DNA of 64,000 bases from a candidate division Kazan bacterium RIFCSPHIGHO2_01_FULL_44_14 (lineage in GTDB: Bacteria; Patescibacteriota; Kazan-3B-28): the NCBI GenBank assembly GCA_001771185.1, contig METB01000001.1:310848-374847 (forward strand). Direction: 5' to 3'. The translations under genes and the position numbers were made by a program. Shown one piece after another: positions 8,860 to 17,865 of the stretch. The stretch's first letter is position 1. Every line of letters begins with the position of its first letter. The notes below the pieces were generated by a model. It saw nothing but the letters and a program-made list of their open reading frames with translations, did no database searches and was not told the DNA's origin.

Positions 8860-11800
8860 TTAAGGTGCGCCGGCTGGTTTATCGACACCCCATCCCCAGT
8901 TCCAGTTTAGGAACGAAAAGTCGAGCGAATCAACTTTAGTATCACCATTAAAATCGCCGAAAACCGGAGTGCGTGCAAACTCTAGATTAAAGACCGAGAA
9001 ATCGAGAGAGTCGATACGGTTATCGTGGGTTAGATTAATGTCACCAATCTTAGCAATTAACATTGTCAGATTGATTGGACTAACTGTAGAACCACCAAAA
9101 GTGGTGGCTACCGCCAAATGATTGGTGGCCTTCACCCAGACATCATAAATTTTATTAGTCGAAACCGAGATTTGTGGCAAACCAACAATTTGATTACTGC
9201 TATTAATTTTGAACCAGTTATTAATTAATGGGGTAGTGTCATTTTTGCCAATCACAATTACCAGCACCTTATTTTGAGTGAGGTAATCATAACGGTTGCC
9301 TTCGACTGGCGCGATGATATTCAGGGTCTTAGTTGTACCGCTTACTGGCTTCCTCTCAATCACCTCTCCATTAAGAGTGCCTGCGGTCGAAATTGTACCT
9401 ATACCCGCAATGAGCGCACTAGCATCAACCCTGGTCTGACCCTCGCCGTCGGCAACTTGAGTCCAATAGGTAGCAGTATCAGTTCCATTGGAACCAATTA
9501 GAAGTGTGGTTTTATTCAAGTTACCAAGACCAGTTAATATGAGTGTGACTATTTGGTTAGTACGAGGGGTATTGTCAGCGTTTTTTAAAGTTACCGTAAT
9601 CGTGGACCAATGTTGGCTACTGTTCAAATCAATGGTGGTCGGGTTGGCCTCAACTTTAAAAATCAAGTTATGAACAACCACTATTTTGACAATTGTAACA
9701 GTAGCCGAAATTGGCGCACCGCTTCGGCTGGTGCTACTGGCAGTAATCCGAACTTCAACGGCAAGATTATCGACTGTGTAGGTTGAGGTGGCAACACCAT
9801 TAGGGTCACTAGTTGTGTCTGTTGCCGGAGCAAGACCACCAGTAGTCAGATTCTTGGCAAAGTTTACTGTTACGTTGGGACGCCGAGTAATCACACCAGT
9901 AGTATTGTTTATCCAACCAACTACAGCAGTAAGATCGGAGGTCTGCTGGTTGTCTGGTACCAGTTGGGTTGGGTTGGCCTGGAGACCAATAAAGTCACTG
10001 TCGGCAACTTGAACCAGAAAATCGTGATCGCCCAACTTGGTGGCTATTTCCTCACTGTCACCCCCCACAATGGTATGGACGCTTACATCCCACCAACCCG
10101 GTGTGGCGTTGGCGGAAATAACAACCGTGGCTCGTAGGTTCTGGGTGCCATCAGGATTATTAGTTACACTCACAGTTGTGGCTGTCACCCCTTGGTTGTC
10201 GCCGATATCTGTATTTTCGTCATTCGGCTCGAAAATGACAGAAGAATGATTGGTCAACCAGTTGGTATTTTGGCCGACTAAGTCCACGATATATTGTTTG
10301 TTTCGCTCACCTCGGTCGGAAGTGATCGACGTAATATAGGCCAAATTGCTAGCCCCTTGAGGCAAAACTTCAAAATAACGAGGAGTGTAATCGGGAGTGG
10401 CTAACCATTCCAAAGCTTGGCCGTCTTGGACCACGCTAACTCGCCACATCCCCAAAGTCGCACTGGTGCCAATATCAATCGTAAACCGCAAATCATTACC
10501 AACCTTTTGAATATTTTCAACGGTAACCCCATTGTCCCTGAGCAGATACTTTTCGATCGAAACTCCATCACCCAAGAATTTATTACCAGGATTAATCGTG
10601 GCATATGCTATGGTCTCTTCAAAACCGGTTGGCTGGACTGCCGTAAACTCAGTCTGGGCTTGCCCATTGGCATCAGTATAGCGCGGATTTAAGACGGCAC
10701 TACCATTATCGGTAATGAAATTCACTAATTGGTCTGGAACTGGACTATCGTCACTCAAACTTAACCTAGCAGTCATTCTGATTGGGACAACCGGGGGCTG
10801 CAAATTGACGGTAACGGCCTCGGATGTGAGATCGAGATTATAAAACCGCAAAGTTGGGTCATTTTCAACAACCGCTATCTTGACCGGAGCAATGCCTTGG
10901 GCGCTGGCTTCGATATAAGTTACTCCAGCCGAGGTACCCGTCTGGTAACTCGTTGTAACCAAACCGTCTTTAGCAATCACCAAACTGTCCCGCAATTGTC
11001 CGTTGGTCATATGCCCTTGAACGACATCGCGAATTAATCGGAATGAAACCGGCAAATTGTCGGCTGGATTTCCGTTAGAATCAACTAGGTTCAAAACAAT
11101 CGGTTGAGGAGTTTGCCCATCGGCCTTGAGAGTTGTAACCCACGGTAATTTGTATGTAAATTGACCTTGAGTCGGTTCAAATTGAACTTCAGCATTGGCG
11201 TTGAGTGCAACACCAGCTCCCTGTAAGGTAACTTGCAAATCAGTGGAGCCCTGGACTCCGCTGACCGGGATAACATTAGTGAGATAGGGGATAAAGTGAA
11301 CTGTGACGGAATCGAGAGACAGCCCCGACCCCGCTCCCACTAACAGGTTAGCATCTCCGGATTGAGTTGATTTGATTGCCACCTTTGCGGTACCCTGGTC
11401 GTCAGATTGAATTGTAATTGAGGTGGCGGTTTGTTCGACAATTGGATAACCGGCTACCGCCTCAAAAATATCTTCGCGGGGAGCTTCACCCAATTTGACC
11501 GGCCCCTTAAAAATAGTGACTGGCAGATTCAACATTGGGGTGTCCTCGGCGCTAAACACCTGGGTCGAAATAATCCCACTATCTTGGCCGTCAGCATAAA
11601 CTGTATCATCTGGTAACACTATCGTTTCGGCTTTGCTTGGTTGATTAAATGCCCCGACAAATAGCGGACCGATATATTCAGCGGCTTTGAAAGTGGTAGG
11701 AGGAGTGCTAGAAACTTTACCATCATTAGCAACGGTATTAACCCACTTACCTGAACCGCCGGTCACATAGAGGGAAATAATTGTGCCAATTTTTTCGCCT

Positions 11801-14226
11801 TGCGAATTAAACTTATCAATTTTTACTCCAGCGCTAGCAGTAAACAACAAATTGGTGGACTGTGGCGAAGTGAACCGGAAATCGGCTCCAGACACAAATG
11901 GCCACATCCAACCTTGAATTGGTTCGTCTGGTTTGGGAGGATAAGCATCCTGATTTAAAACTCGAGTATAAGCCGTCGGCAAATCCTGCCAGTGAGACGG
12001 ATAGTGAAACTTCCCAAGTTGTTGGGTCGGCAATTTATATCCGCCAGCTACAATCGACTTTCCTTCGCTACCGTCTGGCAAACTGGCACCAACCGAATAA
12101 GAACCAAACCGGTAGTTGTCATTCAGCAACGCGCCGTCCGAACGCGCGTCGCTGATACTGGCCAAGCCGCCCGGTTCATCCAGTTGCCAACCAGCCGCCG
12201 ACACGGTAAATTTCTGTGACAAATTAGCGCTCAATGGAATTGGATTAGCGACATTGTACGGAGTCGCGTTATAAAGTCCACCGGACAAATAAATTTCAGT
12301 ATCAGAAGTGGAGGTAGCAGTCGGCATGAACAAACCACCACGAGCACCTTGAGAAGATTTTAACGGAATCGATTCAGCCCCAATCAACGAGGAACTAACC
12401 GTTGCCCAAGAGGTACCTCCAGAATGGGGTAGCAGTTTTAATGTCGAGTGGCCAACAAAATCATAACTGGGAGTCCCACTAACGGGATTATCGGCAGGAT
12501 GGCTAACGCCATCATCCAATACCCAAAACGGAGAGAGGGAAGTATTGGTCTCCGGACCAACACTACCAAAACTGGCTCCACCAAATATATAAATATGATA
12601 GCCAGGTGCACTGTCAGGCCCTTTGATTAAGACGATTTGGTGCCCATAGCGACCTTGGGCTACGGGCACGATATTCGTCACTGTATGAGCGGGAGCGGGT
12701 AGTATTATTTCTTTAAAATCAATAAATACTCGCAGTTGACCGATTTTAATCACTCGATTTGAAAGCCACTGATTAGCGTAGAGATAGGGATTTGTAGTCA
12801 GTTCACCAAACTCCCATGAGCTTGGGTTACTTGAAACGGTAGAAAAATTGAGTCGGATATGGGTCTCGACTGTGGTAACAAAAGCCCCACTTTTAACTTG
12901 GTCGAAATAAAGTTGAGAATAATCTGGACCAGCCGGAATGCTTCCGACTTGAGCCAGAACCGGTTTAGTTACCGACGACCAGCGTTGGACAAGTTTTTGA
13001 ACCCAACCGATAGTAGTGACCCCTTCAGGAGCAGTAGTGGTAGTACTACCCTCGGGTGTGACAGTGGTGTTAGTGTCTGGCGTAACAATAGTAGTGTCTG
13101 GTGAAACAATGGCTCCAGGATAACTGTCTCGGTCGTGCGGGTCATATCCCAGAAAAATCTCAATCCAGTCGGCCACCCCATCGCCGTCGCTATCAAGCGG
13201 ATCGTTTTTAATTTTGCCTAAGTATTCTGGCAAGCCGTAAAGATTGTTGGTCGAGCCAGTTGGATAATTGGTAATTGTACTGCCACTAGTTACCGGATCG
13301 GTCATGGTTAGCCCTCCGCCAGCAAAAAGATATAACGGATGATAGCCAACAATTGGTTTAGTCCCTAGGTTGTTGTCACCCCAAAAATCTGGGTCAAAAT
13401 TTGGGTCCATCAAATTACTCGGTCCAACCGGCGATAGAATCGGTTGACCATTAGCCAGACCACCAGGTGCCTGTTGCCACATATTGCCAAACACACCACC
13501 AGTGATGTGGATATACCCCCAATCAGCTGGATAAATCCCACCACCTTGCGGTCTCAAACTCGGACTATCTGTCACTAATACTTCTGGTAAATAATGGACA
13601 TCAGTGATTGAAGCCACCACTTCCCAATTATTTGGACTATGCAAATTAAGCCGTTCGATTGTGGAGTAAACCCCGCTTTCCACGCCCGAAACTGGTAATC
13701 CATTTTGATCAAGTATAATCGGGGCGATATGCATATCACCAACGATGGCATATAAGTAGTCCTGGTAACCATCCTTGTCGGTGTCCACCGCTACCAACCG
13801 ACCGGCGGCGCGAGGGGACTTCATTGAAGCAGAATACTGCCAATTACCACTGGCTGGTTGGCCGGATTCATCTAATTCCAAATATTCAACACTCGACAAG
13901 GCATTCCAAGTCCCACTAGTTTCGTTTAGTCCACCTACCACCCACAACCGTCTTTGGATAGTAGCCCCTGTCTTGACCTGGGCGTACACCATTGAATGAT
14001 GTTGCCGTGTAGTCGACATGGCTGGAACATTTTTCCAATTCAAATCATCCTGATAACCAGTCACTTCGGCCTTGGAGCCAAACAGTCGGAGGAGAAAATC
14101 CAGTTGAGAGAAAAATAGTACTGCAACGATGACGGCAGATACGCTAATGGCGCCGATAGCAAATCGGCGACGATTACCGGGGACGCCCAACCAGGTTGTG
14201 AACCGTTGCCACGGATATAGAGTCAT
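8860..14226 (-). CDS. Giant surface protein (1788 aa) with an N-terminal signal-anchor, Kelch-like repeats, a thrombospondin-type-3-like Ca-binding motif, Ig-like repeats and a C-terminal dockerin-like pair.
   Basis: The N-terminal TM is FAIGAISVSAVIVAVLFF. Kelch-like GG motifs are present. It carries DPLDSDGDGVADWIEIFLGYDPHDRD. The C-terminus has DINLTHDNRIDSLDFSVF and DFNGDTKVDSLDFSFL, which match dockerin-type Ca-binding repeats. Confidence 0.65.
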   Translation of the reverse strand: MTLYPWQRFTTWLGVPGNRRRFAIGAISVSAVIVAVLFFSQLDFLLRLFGSKAEVTGYQDDLNWKNVPAMSTTRQHHSMVYAQVKTGATIQRRLWVVGGLNETSGTWNALSSVEYLELDESGQPASGNWQYSASMKSPRAAGRLVAVDTDKDGYQDYLYAIVGDMHIAPIILDQNGLPVSGVESGVYSTIERLNLHSPNNWEVVASITDVHYLPEVLVTDSPSLRPQGGGIYPADWGYIHITGGVFGNMWQQAPGGLANGQPILSPVGPSNLMDPNFDPDFWGDNNLGTKPIVGYHPLYLFAGGGLTMTDPVTSGSTITNYPTGSTNNLYGLPEYLGKIKNDPLDSDGDGVADWIEIFLGYDPHDRDSYPGAIVSPDTTIVTPDTNTTVTPEGSTTTTAPEGVTTIGWVQKLVQRWSSVTKPVLAQVGSIPAGPDYSQLYFDQVKSGAFVTTVETHIRLNFSTVSSNPSSWEFGELTTNPYLYANQWLSNRVIKIGQLRVFIDFKEIILPAPAHTVTNIVPVAQGRYGHQIVLIKGPDSAPGYHIYIFGGASFGSVGPETNTSLSPFWVLDDGVSHPADNPVSGTPSYDFVGHSTLKLLPHSGGTSWATVSSSLIGAESIPLKSSQGARGGLFMPTATSTSDTEIYLSGGLYNATPYNVANPIPLSANLSQKFTVSAAGWQLDEPGGLASISDARSDGALLNDNYRFGSYSVGASLPDGSEGKSIVAGGYKLPTQQLGKFHYPSHWQDLPTAYTRVLNQDAYPPKPDEPIQGWMWPFVSGADFRFTSPQSTNLLFTASAGVKIDKFNSQGEKIGTIISLYVTGGSGKWVNTVANDGKVSSTPPTTFKAAEYIGPLFVGAFNQPSKAETIVLPDDTVYADGQDSGIISTQVFSAEDTPMLNLPVTIFKGPVKLGEAPREDIFEAVAGYPIVEQTATSITIQSDDQGTAKVAIKSTQSGDANLLVGAGSGLSLDSVTVHFIPYLTNVIPVSGVQGSTDLQVTLQGAGVALNANAEVQFEPTQGQFTYKLPWVTTLKADGQTPQPIVLNLVDSNGNPADNLPVSFRLIRDVVQGHMTNGQLRDSLVIAKDGLVTTSYQTGTSAGVTYIEASAQGIAPVKIAVVENDPTLRFYNLDLTSEAVTVNLQPPVVPIRMTARLSLSDDSPVPDQLVNFITDNGSAVLNPRYTDANGQAQTEFTAVQPTGFEETIAYATINPGNKFLGDGVSIEKYLLRDNGVTVENIQKVGNDLRFTIDIGTSATLGMWRVSVVQDGQALEWLATPDYTPRYFEVLPQGASNLAYITSITSDRGERNKQYIVDLVGQNTNWLTNHSSVIFEPNDENTDIGDNQGVTATTVSVTNNPDGTQNLRATVVISANATPGWWDVSVHTIVGGDSEEIATKLGDHDFLVQVADSDFIGLQANPTQLVPDNQQTSDLTAVVGWINNTTGVITRRPNVTVNFAKNLTTGGLAPATDTTSDPNGVATSTYTVDNLAVEVRITASSTSRSGAPISATVTIVKIVVVHNLIFKVEANPTTIDLNSSQHWSTITVTLKNADNTPRTNQIVTLILTGLGNLNKTTLLIGSNGTDTATYWTQVADGEGQTRVDASALIAGIGTISTAGTLNGEVIERKPVSGTTKTLNIIAPVEGNRYDYLTQNKVLVIVIGKNDTTPLINNWFKINSSNQIVGLPQISVSTNKIYDVWVKATNHLAVATTFGGSTVSPINLTMLIAKIGDINLTHDNRIDSLDFSVFNLEFARTPVFGDFNGDTKVDSLDFSFLNWNWGWGVDKPAGAP

Positions 14227-14316
14227 TTTGTTTTTCTTTACTCCTATGAGAAACCTCCGAACGATTATTTCATTATACTATAATTGTCCCAAAAAGTCAA
14301 GCCCTAAGTCAAGGAC

Positions 14317-15354
14317 CTATTCTATCCCCAGGTCTTCTAAGGATGAACCCCCAGTTAAGTCACCGGAACCATCCTCGTCTCGGCCGGCCAGATAATAGCC
14401 GGTAATGGCTTCCTGGATGTAATCTTCGTCCGCAACGGTAAAGGCCAACGGAGTATCAAACTGGGCGGTTAATCCGCCGGTGTTTTCGGGTGAAGGGTCG
14501 GCAATCGCTACGGTAATCGCTTCAGCTGAACGAGCAATCGGAATTGCCGTGAACTTAGTGGCGATTTCGTACGGCATCGTTCTCACCACGGCTGGATCGA
14601 TTTCATAACGAGACAAATCAAGCGATGGAACATGATACTGGCTACCCAAAGCTCGCACCAAATCTTCACGAGAAATAAGTTGTTTGTTCAACAAAACTCG
14701 TCCCAACCGCTGACCAGTTTGGTGCTGTTCCTGGAGAGCCAAATTCAAATCGCCCGGAGCGATGATATTTTGATTGACCAAAATTTCACCAAGCCGTTGG
14801 ACTGGTCGAGCTGAATGGGGTCCGGATTCTTCAGCTAATGGAACTCGACTGCGTTCGCTATAACTGGTAATTAAATCGGCGATATCTCTAGCACCGGGAA
14901 TCGACCGCAATTCAAAGAAGCCCTCCTTGCCAGCGGACTGAACCGTGATGTTGCCGAACCGAAAAATTGAAGATAACACTCCCTGCATTGTTACCCTAAC
15001 ATCTTGAACTTGGTCCATATTCATTTGCGATACTCGACGATTGAACAAACTAATCAATTGGATATCGATTAGCCGCTCTGGCAAAATAATCCAAACATCC
15101 ATATACCAGAAAATCCACTGCATCATAAAAAAATTGACAACGAACAGCACATACAGTCCACCAAATAGCCAAAGACCAATCTCAACCTCCGATTGGTCTG
15201 CGAATCCCAATGCGTTGATGGCGATTAAAAATATCAGCAAGGGCACCAGCATCAACACCGACCAGCCCAATGGGACTAATAAGTCCACACTATGACGGCG
15301 AAGGGTGAGCGGGGGGGCGGCGTGTGATTGATGGTTGGGGATTTGTTCAATCAT
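14317..15354 (-). CDS. Membrane protein with an N-terminal bPH (YdbS/YdbT-like) domain fused to a GspE_N/MshEN-like domain with two tandem 24-residue motifs; candidate c-di-GMP receptor.
   Basis: Two TM helices flank a PH-like segment. It then carries RLGEILVNQNIIAPGDLNLALQEQ and RLGRVLLNKQLISREDLVRALGSQ. Both fit the MshEN pattern RLGxx[LIV][LIV]xxG[LIV][LIV]xxxx[LIV]xxx[LIV]xxQ, and the second matches exactly apart from the glycine-10 position (Q there). The start overlaps the stop of the upstream 64-aa ORF (ATGA). Confidence 0.55.
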   Translation of the reverse strand: MIEQIPNHQSHAAPPLTLRRHSVDLLVPLGWSVLMLVPLLIFLIAINALGFADQSEVEIGLWLFGGLYVLFVVNFFMMQWIFWYMDVWIILPERLIDIQLISLFNRRVSQMNMDQVQDVRVTMQGVLSSIFRFGNITVQSAGKEGFFELRSIPGARDIADLITSYSERSRVPLAEESGPHSARPVQRLGEILVNQNIIAPGDLNLALQEQHQTGQRLGRVLLNKQLISREDLVRALGSQYHVPSLDLSRYEIDPAVVRTMPYEIATKFTAIPIARSAEAITVAIADPSPENTGGLTAQFDTPLAFTVADEDYIQEAITGYYLAGRDEDGSGDLTGGSSLEDLGIE

Positions 15355-15545
15355 AGTTGAGAAGCAATAATTGCCGCCGAGATTGAACCAATAATAACGC
15401 CCAGTGCGACCAGCAAATAAACACTCATTGCGAGATAGGCGTTATCATTCGGCAACCGAAATCGGAAAATATGAAAAATATTGATGGCGGCATAACCCGC
15501 CCCAAATAACAGAAGCACCGCATAGATAATTATCATGGTTGTCAT
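15351..15545 (-). CDS. Small two-TM membrane protein (64 aa).
   Basis: It has two hydrophobic helices and is translationally coupled on both sides (ATGA overlaps with ruvB and the downstream gene). Confidence 0.45.
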   Translation of the reverse strand: MTTMIIIYAVLLLFGAGYAAINIFHIFRFRLPNDNAYLAMSVYLLVALGVIIGSISAAIIASQL

Positions 15546-16558
15546 GAAACAAAAAGTTTTGGTTTATAACTGGCCAATCTAAGATGGTCATAGGTCTTGT
15601 CGGTGGCTATCCGTCCCTGGGCAGTTCTCTGCAAAAAACCCTCCTGAATTAAATATGGTTCATAGACATCTTCAATGGTCTGACGCTCCTCGGAGATAGC
15701 GGCGGCCAACGAACTTAACCCGGCCGGACCACCCTTAAATTGAGTCACCAGCGTCCGAAGGATTTTGCGGTCAACTTCATCAAGACCTAATTTGTCGATT
15801 GTGAGCAAATTTAAGGTGTCTTGAACCACAACCGAATTAATCACCCCGCTATTTTTAACTAGGGCATAATCACGCACCCGTTTCAAAATCCGATTGGCCG
15901 TCCGAGGGGTACGGCGAGAGGACCGAGCGATTAGTTCGGCTTCTGGCTTGGGAAGGTCAACTTGTAAAATTCGGGCTGAACGCCGAAGAATTTTTTCAAT
16001 ATCCTCAACTTCATAAAAATCCAACCGATAAGTAGCGCCGAACCGATCTCGCAGGGGAGAGGAAAGTAAACCAACCCGAGTAGTGGCACCAATCAGTGTA
16101 AATTTCGGCAAATCCAATTTCAGCGAACGAGCCGAGGGACCTTTGCCAACAATAATGTCTAGACAATAGTCCTCCATCGCCGAATACAACACTTCCTCTA
16201 CTGGTCGACCGAGCCGATGGATTTCATCAATAAATAAAATATCGTTGTCTTGGAGATTGGTAAGAATGGCGGCCACATCACCAGCTCGCTCAATTGCCGG
16301 ACCAGAGGTGGCTCTAAGTCCCACTCCCATTTCGTGGGCGATGATATGAGCTAGAGTGGTCTTACCTAACCCCGGCGGACCGAATAGCAAGACATGGTCT
16401 AACGGCTCACCTCGTTGTTTCGCGGCTTGAATAGCAATCGTTAAACCGGCCTTGGCATTGTTTTGGCCAACATAGCCGGCAAAATCGTGCGGACGCAGGT
16501 GGGTGTCTAGTTCGTTATCTTCCCCTTCCGCCCTTGGATCAATAATTCTTGAGTTCAT
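15542..16558 (-). CDS. ruvB: Holliday junction branch migration helicase RuvB.
   Basis: It has Walker A ([18 protein letters not shown]), Walker B ([10 protein letters not shown]), and the RuvB C-terminal winged helix. Confidence 0.9.
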   Translation of the reverse strand: MNSRIIDPRAEGEDNELDTHLRPHDFAGYVGQNNAKAGLTIAIQAAKQRGEPLDHVLLFGPPGLGKTTLAHIIAHEMGVGLRATSGPAIERAGDVAAILTNLQDNDILFIDEIHRLGRPVEEVLYSAMEDYCLDIIVGKGPSARSLKLDLPKFTLIGATTRVGLLSSPLRDRFGATYRLDFYEVEDIEKILRRSARILQVDLPKPEAELIARSSRRTPRTANRILKRVRDYALVKNSGVINSVVVQDTLNLLTIDKLGLDEVDRKILRTLVTQFKGGPAGLSSLAAAISEERQTIEDVYEPYLIQEGFLQRTAQGRIATDKTYDHLRLASYKPKLFVS

Positions 16559-16560
16559 GG

Positions 16561-17049
16561 CTACATTATAGCCCGAAAGGCAGTCAGCCCACCTAAACTA
16601 ACTAGAGCCACTATTGTAGTCGCAATGGCCGAGCCCAATAGAATAAAGATAACTGCTCGCCAATATTTAATTCCGAAGAGATGAGCCACTAGAGTCCCCG
16701 TCCAAGTCCCACCGATAAACGGCAAGGGGATAGAGACGATTAACATTAAAGCTAAACTGCCCCAGCGGTCAAAGTCAGCGGAATGTTGGCGGTGAGTTTT
16801 GGTGAACAGCCATTCAACAAACCGACTAATTGAGGGATGCCATGACCGAACCCAATTGGTGAGGGGAGTGAGCAACCAAAGCAACAGTGACACTGAAATA
16901 AAATTGCCGACCAAACTCGCCACCAGTGCAGGCACTAACGGTAAATGATAAGCCAAGGCCAATGGCATAGTACCGTGTTCCAATACCGGCAACATCCCAG
17001 CCACGCTGATAGCCAAGTACGGGCTGAATTGAGTAAGCGTCTCTAACAA
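16561..17049 (-). CDS. Small polytopic membrane protein, possibly of the small-multidrug-export-like family.
   Basis: It is 162 aa with 4 predicted TM helices. The family assignment is by loose resemblance only. Confidence 0.3.
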   Translation of the reverse strand: MLETLTQFSPYLAISVAGMLPVLEHGTMPLALAYHLPLVPALVASLVGNFISVSLLLWLLTPLTNWVRSWHPSISRFVEWLFTKTHRQHSADFDRWGSLALMLIVSIPLPFIGGTWTGTLVAHLFGIKYWRAVIFILLGSAIATTIVALVSLGGLTAFRAIM

Positions 17050-17050
17050 A

Positions 17051-17860
17051 TTATTTGAGCCAACTAAAAATTAATAATCCGATACCGACCGCGATCCGAT
17101 ACCAAGCGAAGATGTTTAACGGATGTTTGTTTAAAAACTTCAATAGCCAGTGAATTGCCAATAACCCCGAAATGAATGAGGCAGTAAATCCAATAACTAA
17201 TTCCAAACCAAGGTCGTTGGCCACTCCACCATCCAAAATCTGCCAAAGTGAATAGAAACCAGCCATAGCGATAATCGGTCCAGCGGCTAGAAACGAATAC
17301 CGCGCGGCGGCTTCGCGCGAAAGTCCATGGTACATTCCAGTAATAATCGTTGCTCCCGAACGAGAAATGCCGGGGATAATCGCCACCGCTTGGGCCAGAC
17401 CAATGCTTAATGCATCAAAAAAATTCAGTTTACCGATATCCCGCTTCGGACGAGTATATCGTTCGGCGGCAAAAAATAAGAGACCCACTAAAATCATCAG
17501 AATAGCGATGTCGTGGAAATGGCGGACAGTAGTTTCAATTGAATTGGCAAATAATAGACCAGCTCCGATGGCCGGGATGGTGGTGATGGCGATTAATCCA
17601 GCTAGTTTGCGTGACTGGCGAATTTCATAAGATTGTTTTTGGGTAGTTAGAGACATCACCATCTTGAGCCAGTCCCGCCGAAAATAAATTAGCACAGCTG
17701 CTAGTGTGGCAAGATGAAGCACGGCGTCAAAGGCCAGCCCTTGGTCGGCCCAATTAAACACCTGGCGGACGACCACCAGGTGGCCCGACGAACTAACCGG
17801 GATAAATTCGGTTAGCCCCTGGATTAACCCCAAAATGCCGGCTTGGAAATATTGACTCAT
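17051..17860 (-). CDS. uppP: Undecaprenyl-diphosphatase UppP (BacA).
   Basis: It has the GLIQGLTEFIPVSSSGHL signature. Start is taken at the internal Met (MSQYFQAG), which matches the family N-terminus; the ORF-track start at 17908 would overlap the protease gene. Confidence 0.8.
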   Translation of the reverse strand: MSQYFQAGILGLIQGLTEFIPVSSSGHLVVVRQVFNWADQGLAFDAVLHLATLAAVLIYFRRDWLKMVMSLTTQKQSYEIRQSRKLAGLIAITTIPAIGAGLLFANSIETTVRHFHDIAILMILVGLLFFAAERYTRPKRDIGKLNFFDALSIGLAQAVAIIPGISRSGATIITGMYHGLSREAAARYSFLAAGPIIAMAGFYSLWQILDGGVANDLGLELVIGFTASFISGLLAIHWLLKFLNKHPLNIFAWYRIAVGIGLLIFSWLK

Positions 17861-17865
17861 CGCTC

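Noticed and set aside
9274-13999. Multiple 60-90-aa plus-strand ORFs inside the giant-gene region (also 5250..5564).
   Set aside because: All lie antisense within the single long uninterrupted minus-strand ORFs. They have no RBS or motifs and are typical shadow ORFs.
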